From Macrostomum lignano (taxonomy: Eukaryota): a stretch of 64,000 nt of DNA. The notes beneath the pieces are model-generated. The model was not told the origin of the DNA and did not search any database. It worked only from the letters and a program-made list of their open reading frames with translations. The position numbers were made by a program, and so were the translations under genes. The stretch lies in assembly GCA_002269645.1 (NCBI GenBank), contig NIVC01002150.1, forward strand, positions 136,150 through 200,149, written 5' to 3'. Below, one piece after another: positions 54,503 to 64,000 of this stretch; the stretch's first letter is position 1, and every line of letters starts with the position of its first letter.

Positions 54503-55830
54503 AAAGCAGCCAGCGCATATTCCTGACCCAAAGCAGCCGCTCACCATCCGCTGAGGAGGCGACCACCACGCTGGCTGTGACTCGAACCATGACCACAAGA
54601 ACAAGCGCCACAACGCCAATGACTACGAGGTCTCGAACGGCAACGGTCGCCGAGAGTAATGAGCGAATGGCAACGGAGCGTCAGCGCCGAGCTGAGGGCG
54701 CGAAACGCCTAGCCAGGCTGGAGCGAGCCAGCAGCGAGTTGGCCACCTACGGCCGGCGCAGGTTTGAAGCTACAACCGACGAGACAACAGTGCCAGCATC
54801 AGCCAGGCAACAAGTCGACGAAATTGGGTCTAAGTGCGGCCTATCGCCATACACAACAGTTGTCATGGAGACAGAGACTACGCCGTCGCCGCGCGGTCCA
54901 GACAGCGGCGAGAGGCAAGCCGGTCGGATGCGGGCACGTCTAATGAATGAGCTGAGGCTGCGCCAGCCAGAGCTACCAGTCCGGTTCAGGCACGATCGGA
55001 CAGCACAAGAGCTGACCCAGGAAGGCTGCCTGACCTCTCGATCTACTCGCATCGCCGGCGGCTACCCATGGCCAGTGAACTACAAGTACACTCCATTTCC
55101 AGAGCCGCGCTTGCAGCGTTGGACTTCGGCCCAGCGACGTCTTACAGCGGAAGCTATTGCCGCGGCAGAGGAATCGGAGCATGCGAAGGACGCGGGAGCA
55201 GACGACAGCATGGCCCAGACTGTGCTAATTGAACTGGCAATTCCGGCGATGTCACAGAAATCGCCTTCGCCGACGCATCCGCACGTTGTATTTGATTTGC
55301 CAATGGTGACAATGTCGCTGCCGCAGCACCACCCACGCAAAGCAAGCGACAGTCAGCTGCCGACGACTACGGGCAAATTCACCGGCCTGGCACCGGCGGA
55401 CAATTCTAGCGTGAAGTGGCAGCGAAGCAAGTCGCAGTCGACGGTGCAGAAGCACGCGCCGCACCGATTGCTGTCCGTGTCAACCATTGGCGACGAAGAG
55501 CGGTCCAGACGGCAGACCCAGCTGCAGAGACTGGCCCAGGTGTGCAACAGGCTGAGCAGCCATCGCCAATGCACCAAGGACGGCGCAGCGGAGGCCAGTA
55601 AAACGGAGTGCAAGCACAAGACAGATGCTATAGACTATCTAGTGGAGGAAATCGAGGCGGCCGTGGCCAACGGCGGGCCGCTGTTCCGCACTGGGGCTGA
55701 AGAGTCAGACGATCAACTACCGGCACTGGCTTGCCCTGGCTCACTCGCTAAATCGCGTCAGCACCTGACCCGAAACTGGCTGCGGCAGCACCGCTTCCAA
55801 GGAGCTGGACCGTCGGTCATCATTGGCTGA
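54503..55830 (+). CDS. Large terminal exon (or single-exon ORF) of an unknown Ser/Thr/Arg-rich, probably disordered protein
   Basis: 456-codon non-repetitive GC-rich ORF (54460-55830) with acceptor-like TTTTAATTGCAG ending at 54502. Upstream exons not identified; no domain recognised. Confidence 0.6.
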
Positions 55831-58800
55831 TTCGCGAATCAACCACAAGTCAGTGTAGCAGCAGTGCGCACGAGCTTACAAAAATTATATTTAGCAGTAG
55901 CAAGGCGTCAGCAGCAACCAAGCAATAATGCTCGCTAACGCCTGGTTTGCGCATCCATTTGTATAGTACATGCTTATTACTACTGCCTTTTGAGCCGAGC
56001 TCTTTAGAACTCGTAAATTTACTAGAAACAAAGCTCCGATCTTTACAGTAGATTTATGAAGGCATACCAAGCAGTTGTCTTTAATGTTATCCGACTGTCT
56101 GCTCGAAAATGTATTCTCGTAATGAATCAAAATGTTGTTTAACTATTAAATTGTAAAGCTTTGAATGTGGCCTAAGGTACTGCTATATCTCTGCTATACT
56201 ATTTTTGTGCCCAATATAACACATTAGGTGTGTAGTTCACCAAATCACGATGCAAAAATCGCGGATTATTGTAAATACATTCATTTAAAACTGCATTAAA
56301 ATTAATAACATATACACAAACCAATATTCGCACAGGCCATTATGAATTGTTTATGCGCCATTTAAAAAAGGAAAATGGAGCAATCCAACAAAATGGTTTA
56401 ATTTTAAATTTTGCTTCGGCATGCAGCTTCGGAGATGGTCGAGATGCCAATTCTTCCTCAAAACAGCCAGAAAATTTTTTTGGTACTTTTAACACGACGA
56501 GGTTTGGAATTCAAAGCTAGTCTAAGTCATTTGAGTTTTTATTTCTAGGACTCTTCGGTCGAAAAAATAAAATAGTAAAACAGTAAATAGTATAATAATG
56601 GAGTAACTTACTGGATAGCAAAGCTAAGGATTAACAATTTGTTGGCCTAGCATACTACTTATGCTACTTACGAGCATAAGTAGAGGGTAAAGAACACAAT
56701 AAGCTGCCCACGAAACGATTGAGTTACCTACCAATTAGCTAGCTATTAGTGCAGATAAATTGTGCTACAGAGAAATGACCCATAACTATTTTATGATATG
56801 CAAAATCCTTTACAAAGAAAGTAAATAAATTAAAGTAAACCTTTATTGAAATAATCCATGTAGAGAAATTGCCCTTGCGCAAGATTCTATTATTTAAGTT
56901 AAAGCAAAACGGCAATAAATAAGTGTTTATGTAACAAACAAATAAAAACAAATAAGCACAGCAACTGTAAGACTTTGAAGTAATACAAAGCGCTTTATCA
57001 TTTGAAAAGTGAAAGAAAATGTTGTCGGACAATATTCAATTTCACAATAAGTCAATAAAACATAATAGTGCACTCGTGTTTGTCAATTACAAAAACGGCA
57101 TTACGCAAATAGATAAGTGAGTTGAGTAGTTAATTGAGATCTATCCAGTTACAAAATTTCCGTGGAGTCACGAGGGATAAATAAATAAACGGTTTACTTT
57201 GAACTGTATTAAACAATTTATTGCTGTACTGAGTCGCCAATAATAAAAAAGTTTCTCTCTCTTTCTTAGTCTGAAAATTCGGGCTGGTCGGTGCAGTAAT
57301 GCAGTTACGAGCGTAATCGGCACATACTGGACTTTAAGTGAATCCGTCCTTCCTATATGCATGTACATGGCGTAGAAGGTTCGGGCCATTAAAACTTTAT
57401 TTAGCAAATTTTAAATAGCTACGAGCGTACGCCGCCCCGAGTGAGTGAAGCGGTTAGGTTTATCGATTTTTTTCAACCCTACAGTCCTAGATTTTCTAAC
57501 CCCGGCTATTGGCTACGCCGCTCTGGCTAGAGGTGGCTGAGGCTTATCGATTTTATTATCTGTTTTTTAAACCCCAACCATTAATCTTTTCTAACCTCCG
57601 ATAGCCGTCATAATGAATGGCTATAGGCTAAGCAGACTTCTAGCCACAACGGCGGCCTGACTGACTGGGGTAATTGAGGAATATCGATTTTTTTGGTGTT
57701 TTCCACCCTAGCCTCTAACCCCGATAACCATGCTAGGCTTATCGGTTAACAGACGTGAACTTTTAATCGTTTTGTTATTAACTACGCTACCCCACTTCAC
57801 GAAGTGTGTTGATAATACAAGACACGGAATCAAGTTATTTTGTACAACTCATAGGACAGGGCAGGGCCCATACATTATAAAGTAACAAGCTGTAGGTGTA
57901 GATTATTAAACTGAAAAAAACGATACTGAATTAAAATATAAAGGATACGTTAGTTGAGAGCAATAAACGCCTGATTAAAATGTCAGGTAAGTGCATTTGC
58001 AAAGATTAACGACAGGACAGGGAGATAAAATATTGAAATACACTCAGTACTTGTGATTGAATGAACAAACTGTAAAGATGCATAGTTGCGAACCATAAGC
58101 AACTGTCAAAACTCTGATGAATGCAGAAATACGAGCAAATACGTACAACTTGGACTGTCATGCTGATAAGAAAATTGTCATTGAGAAACTGCACACAGAA
58201 ACACGTGCATGGACTTCCGTCGCTCCCGCCTCAACTCAAAATGCAAGCAAGATCAATTTTAATAAAACTCCCTAAACACCAGTATTGATTATTTATTGAT
58301 AGGTACAAATATATAAATAGATTTTTGGTCTACTAAAAAACTTGAAAACAGCACAATAAAGATGTGACAATGTGGACTCTCACCGAGTAGTGCATAGTTG
58401 ACTCACTGCTTGCAGATATAAGACGTTTATAAAAAAATAAACATAAAGCAGTGGAAAAATCAAGGATTTAGCTTTATATATGTATTATCGTAAGGAATCA
58501 AAGAAAATAAACAGGATTGTGGGCGTTGAGTGAGCAACCAGTGGTTTAGTACAACTTAATACAAAAATATAAGTGATTTATGTTTGAAAATAAATCGGCT
58601 ATATGATGCCTAAATAGTGACAAAAATACGTGTCATATATGATTATAATAAACACAGGTAAAGATTAACAAACAGCATGTACAGGTAACAGATACAATGT
58701 GACATGCAGTGTTTAGATATGATATATAAATGCTCAGAAGCACACAAATAACAATCTTATCGAAAGTTTAGATTATTTTAACTTGGCTGACAGTGATTGT

Positions 58801-58903
58801 GACAGGAAAAGTTGCGGGCAGGAAGAAGGGCTATTATATACATGCGCACAAAAAAGTACACAGCTGGTCATGCAATCGAGACTAAGATAAGCGGCGTCAC
58901 GGA

Positions 58904-61900
58904 TCATTTAACAGCCCAAGAGCAGGTGGGATTAATCTTGAGCAGGTAATAAATCTGTGTGTTACCGGGCAGCCGGCGCTCATTGATGTTGCCGCCAACC
59001 TCGTACAGGGAGGTGGTGGAGGGGTCGCAGCCCAGCCCGTGAAGAACTTCGGCAGCGGTGGTGGACGGCGAGATTGGAACCAGCTGGCTGCGGTTGGTGC
59101 TGGCCTGGTGAACACTGATGCTTACCTTGGTGAGAGGGGGTGAAGTGGTCAGGTATGGGAAGTTGCTTGATTAGCGCCGAAGTGTGCAGTAGGAGTGCGC
59201 AAGCGGTCTACTTTTACTAAAGGCTGTTAGTGAATTTGGGAGGCTACTGAAGGATCTGAGAGGCTACTAAAATCTGACGGGCTGTTGAAGGATCTGATGA
59301 ACAGATAAGTTTAGATCTATTTATAGATCAAAAAGGGGTCACTAAAAACAGGGGATTAGATTACTGAATTAGGATCAGATAAGACAGCTGATGTATTGGA
59401 TGGGCAGCTGAAGTATCGGATGAGACAGCTGAAGTATCGGATGGGACAGCTGAAGTATCGGATGGGACAGCTGAAGTATCGGAAGGGACAGCTGGAATTG
59501 GATGGGACAGCTGAAGTATCGGAAGACAGCTGAGTATCGGATGGGACAGCTGAAGTATCGGAAGGGACAGCTGAAGTATCGGATGGGACAGCTGAAGTAT
59601 CGGATGGGACAGCTGAAGTATCGGAAGGGACAGCTGAGTATCGGATGGACAGCTGAAGTATCGGATGGGACAGCTGAAGTATCGGATGGGACAGCTGAAG
59701 TATCGGATGGGACAGCTGAAGTATCGGATGGACAGCTGAAGTATCGGAAGGGACAGCTGAAGTATCGGATGGGACAGCTGAAGTATCGGATGGGACAGCT
59801 GAAGTATCGGAAGGGACAGCTGAAGTATCGATGGGACAGCTGAAGTATCGGATGGGACAGCTGAAGTATCGGAAGGGACAGCTGAAGTATCGGATGGGAC
59901 AACTGAAGTATCGGATGGGACAGCTGAAGTATCGGAAGGGACAGCTGAAGTATCGGAAGGGACAGCTGAAGTATCGGATGGGACAACTGAAGTATCGGAT
60001 GGGACAGCTGAAGTATCGGAAGGGACAGCTGAAGTATCGGAAGGGGACAGCTGAAGTATCGGATGGGACAACATGCGACAACTCACCTGCTGGTTTTGGA
60101 TCGATGTCGCAGAAGTTGAGCTGTTAAACACCGGACTGTCAACAACTGCAGCTGCCAAGAGGATACGGGCGTTTTTGCTGCAGCAGCGCTGCCTGCTTGC
60201 GCAACAGTTTGGCCGCCTTCTTGGCGCTGCTGGCGCCGCCGCTGCCGCTGGTGCTGGCAAGCTGGCTTAATTTATTAGGCGGCTCGCGCAACTGTTTAAT
60301 TAGAAACTCTGGCACGCTCCACACTATGGTGCGATATTTAATGAGCATCTCAACTAATCCGATTAGATTGCCAGTCTCAGCCAACAGATTGGCGCCTTCT
60401 CGTTGCGCTTTCTTCGAAGATTGAATGGCGAATAAATTTGGCGCCATGACGGTTGCTATGGCTTTCAGATTCATTCGATTGTGCTTGTGCTGCTCGATTA
60501 CCTGACAGAGGGTGAATTGTGTGTGGGAGATCGAATATCATACTGATTAAGCTGAAGCTCAACTTACACAGGACTTCGCGCCGATGGCTAGGGAGGAGCG
60601 GGTAAGATAGAGAATAGCTGGGGCAGGGAGTAGGGAGAGAATAGCTGGGGCAGGGGGTAAGGGAGAGAATAGCTGGGCAGGGGGTAAGGGAGAGAATAGC
60701 TGGGGCAGGGGTAAGGAAGAGAATAGCTGGGCAGAGGGTAAGGGAGAGAATAGCTGGGGCAGGGGTAAGGGAGAGAAAAGCTGGGGCAGGGGGTAGGGAG
60801 AGAATAGCTGGGGCAGGGGGTAAGGGAGAGAATAGCTGGGGCAGGGGGTAAGGGACAGAATAGCTGGGGCAGGGGGTAAGGGAGAGAAAACAGGCAAAGA
60901 AAACTTGGGGTGGTTGAATATAGAGACCCAATTTCAAATCACGATATGTGGAAAAAAAACTCTACACTAAGACTTAGGGTTGAAAAAAAACAATCAAGAA
61001 ATGCGCAAATCATTTTCATGAGACAGACGCGCACCTTAGCAAACAAGTCGACCATCAGGCGCAGCGTGCTACAATTAGGCGTTGGCAACAGCAGCACAAG
61101 CAGATTAAGGCCTAACAATCTGTCCATATCGTGCTGAATACAGCGCAGTTTTAAATAGAAATCCGCATAGGCTGTTGACGTCAGCGGCTCGGGCAGCTCA
61201 CGCAGGAAGACCTTCAACAGGCCGGCTAGGTCGTGCCAGTCAGCGGTCAGACGCTGATGCTGCTGCTCGGTGTCGGCCATCAGCGCCTTGATGCCGGCTG
61301 ACTCGGCCCGCTCCCTGGCCTGGCGGATTCTCTGCAGCGAGCCGGGGACGCGGAACAGGCCTTCGGTGCGCAGCGCTTCCGGCCGTTCAAGCTGACCGAC
61401 AATCCAGCGGACCAGCTGAGGCACCCCGTCGCTACTGGAGCTGCCGCTCTCCTTAGCAACCAGCTGGTCAAGCGGCACGCCGAAACAGCTGGCAACAACA
61501 GAGCGCCGCGAGGCCGACCGGCCGCGTGACGACGGCTTCCTAAACGCCGGATCGCAGTCGTATTTATCGAACAGGGCGGCCAGCTCCAGGTGGGCCAGAG
61601 CTCGAATCTGCTGCCTATCTGGCTCGCTGAAATCGAATATGCTGGCATTGCCCAGGCGGTTGTTGGGCAGTACGAAGGTCGGGTATTGCTCAAGGCCCGA
61701 CGTGGCAACAGGTGTAGCACCGCTGCTTACAGATGGAGCCTGTGAAGGAGAGGACAGAGAAAAACAGTGATACGAGTAGTAGCGTGTGGTCCGTGTGGAA
61801 TTAAAACAATTTTTGAAGGCCGATCAATTGTAACTTTGTCAAATTGAAATAATAAAAGATGACAATAAAATAAGCCCCTGATCCTCTGGCAAGGCGGCCA

Positions 61901-62591
61901 GGTGTGACAGACAGCGACACGGTCTGTATGATAATTACCTGATCTGCGTGTAGTGGCGTTGCCCCGGCAACAGGCGCTGCAGTTCGTCCCGTCACTTGCA
62001 GCAGATCGTCCTCCGAGTCGCCGGTGTCCTCCGATCCGGTGTCCGCGTCGGCAACGCCCGAAGTTGCCGCTGCTGTCCCGGCGACCCCAGCCTCGCTGAA
62101 CAGCTGTCTAACATCCTGCCTAGAGGCCAGGCCTCGTTTAGCTTTCAAAGTAGCGATCCGCTTCATCACGGCATTGAGCTGCTTCCTGCTCATTCTTTGA
62201 TAGTGCGCGTCTAGTGCCGAATCTGCGGCGCTTAAATCGGCCCCAGCTTGATGATCGCCGATGGCGTTTGACGATGCCGTCGACGCTGACTCGGTCGACG
62301 TTGACATTGGCGACGATTGCAATAGTCGGCGAGCGATGTCGGCCAGCAGCGGTGAGCCGGTCTGTTCGAGCCAGTCCGCCGCGCTCTCGGCTTCGTCCGG
62401 GGTGCGCGAGTCCAGCTCATCATCGTCAGACTGGTAGCCGGCACCGTTGCGCCAGCTGCGGACGGCCGCAAGCTCGGCCGCGAACTCGCCGCTGCTACTG
62501 CTCGCTCGCTGCACAGGCCGCTGTCGGCGCCGCCGCCGCCGCCGCCGCCGTTTTGGCTGCCGTTTTTGCCCAGTTGCTGTGCCTTGGCAGC
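58904..62591 (-). CDS. Rho GTPase-activating protein of the ARHGAP18/28/40 (Conundrum) family. Exons 62591-61939, 61739-61035, 60501-60087, 59125-58904; one apparent frameshift near 60174; start codon unresolved
   Basis: Family motifs RTPDEAESAADWL, DVRQLF, LAHLELAALFD, FGVPL, TEGLFRVPGS (Arg finger), LKVFLRELPEPL, NRMNLKAIATVMAPNLF, and C-terminal LYEVGGNINERRL..INP..W. Confidence 0.9.
59385..60070. repeat. 21-bp minisatellite (GACAGCTGAAGTATCGGATGG), ~32 units, RhoGAP intron
   Basis: Direct reading. Confidence 0.97.
60590..60890. repeat. 28-29-bp G-rich minisatellite (GGGAGAGAATAGCTGGGGCAGGGGGTAA), ~10 units, RhoGAP intron
   Basis: Direct reading. Confidence 0.95.
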
Positions 62592-62651
62592 CTATAGGCG
62601 GGGGGAGTTAACGAGCATAGTAGCTGGGCCTGTGCCTGAACTGAACGTTAA

Positions 62652-62908
62652 AAAGTAATCTACGCTACATATCGGTAGCTGATCTAGTCTGGGTAAGACT
62701 CTACCACCCGTCAATTCTTCTAAATCTCTCTTTGAGAACTCCTCCTGAACTCTAAAAAGCAATTTACGCTACATGTCGGTAGTGGAGCTATTCGGGAAAA
62801 CTACTTCGTACTATATCCTGATAGTCTATCTAGTCAAGGCAGCACTCTTAAGACACTAATTACTAAAGGATTAAATTACTTAAACAATTTACGCTACATA
62901 TCGGTAGT
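62652..62908. repeat. Three copies of AAA(G)CAATTTACGCTACATATCGGTAG separated by unique spacers
   Basis: Core TACGCTACAT(A/G)TCGGTAG at 62661, 62765 and 62890. Confidence 0.88.
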
Positions 62909-63455
62909 CAATAATCACATTATATAATAGTTAGACTTTATTTATCAACATAAATAGGTATATGATCATATGATTATACGTAATATATTGACATACAAAG
63001 ACCGAAAAGAAGATGCCTCATAATACAAGACCAACTTATACCAAATTACAGTATATAAGTAGCCGCAGCTGGCAGATGCTTGCTTGAAGAGTTTAAAAAT
63101 GGTGCAGACGAAGATTAAGAGACTCTGTTTTTTATATTATAAAGTTTGGATCCCGATAGCTTTAATAAAACTCAATACAAGTCAGGCGAATTGAAAGCTA
63201 CTCGAGTATATATATGCTACTAACAATAGCAGTAAATTCCGCGGATCGCATTGAAAAACATTTATATTAGGCGGCAAAAATAATCTATAACTAACAGAAT
63301 AAAACCAGTTATATTGAGATTATTGGATATAAGCTGTGAAAATCATAAATTCCATTCCATTAGTAACGACAACCAAATTTTAATAATACTGCGAACATCA
63401 GAACGGAGATAGAACACAAATATTACTGGAGGTCCTGGGTTCGATTTCTCTCCCC

Positions 63456-64000
63456 TTAGCCGCTGCGCGAATCGCAGGACGCCAGCATTAGCTGATAGAC
63501 AGTCTCCAATCGCTGGTCCAGCACCGCAGAGAATTCTTTCAACCAAAATGCAGAAGTTTCCGATTGCCTAGTTGCCAGACTGACCGTTGACATCATAGAT
63601 GCGATATTACTGTTCACTCTGCCGCTGGCTACATCGCCCCCTGCGCCAACCGTCATTAGTAAACTACTATTAGTAGCAGGCTGATTCTGACAATCGGATG
63701 TTAGAGTGATAGCTCGCAGCTGGTCTCGCAGGGTATCAGCCATAGACAGTGCGCATTCGTGCGCGCTCCGATGATAGAATGCATCCACAGGGCGGCCTCG
63801 GTGGCAGACGAGGCGGTCAGATGATAAACGGTTGGAGCGTCCTGATAGGACAGGCAGAATGTGGCAGCCTGGTCCCGACTGTCCGACGGTTCAACCATGT
63901 GTCCGGCTAGCAGCAGGCGCCAACCGGCTGATCATCCTGCGGCTTATCCAGGTAGTAGAGAAAGTTGCCGCACAGTTTGAAATAGTACCGCTTCTCGCTG
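63456..64000 (-). CDS. 3' part of a PH-domain protein (sesquipedalian/PHETA-like), with two apparent 1-nt frameshifts (~63917, ~63761); 5' end lies beyond the window
   Basis: Stitched translation SEKRYYFKLCGNFLYYLDKPQDDQPVGA/LLLAGHMVEP..FCLSYQDAPTVYHLTASSATEAALWMHSIIGAR/HECALSMADTLRDQLRAIT, a PH fold followed by a helical segment. Confidence 0.75.

Overview
Eukaryotic (animal) genomic DNA with GC-rich Ala/Ser/Gln-rich exons and AT-rich introns and intergenic DNA packed with minisatellites and transposon relics. The style resembles the flatworm Macrostomum, but this is inference only. Spliced genes reconstructed by hand: TRAK/Milton (10340-21095,+), bystin (27671-36968,+), an achaete-scute-like bHLH (40696-41533,+), STN1 (52177-47137,-), an ARHGAP18/28/40-type RhoGAP (~62591-58904,-) and a partial sesquipedalian-like PH gene (>64000-63456,-). 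There are also two orphan ORFs. Most long ORFs in the supplied track are tandem-repeat artefacts. Four observations stand out. (1) An intronless secreted protein gene fuses a phage/bacterial-type lysozyme-like domain to a VWA domain, a furin site and a GPI-type tail (43805-45442). (2) A non-autonomous hAT family (TIR CATACATGCGCAAC, 8-bp TSDs, two copies) carries ~65 nt of 28S rRNA helix 69-71, the R2/Pokey target region. (3) Two arrays of short conserved repeats are separated by unique spacers (46.1-46.9 kb and 62.65-62.91 kb). (4) Single-base homopolymer frameshifts cluster in the last 4 kb.
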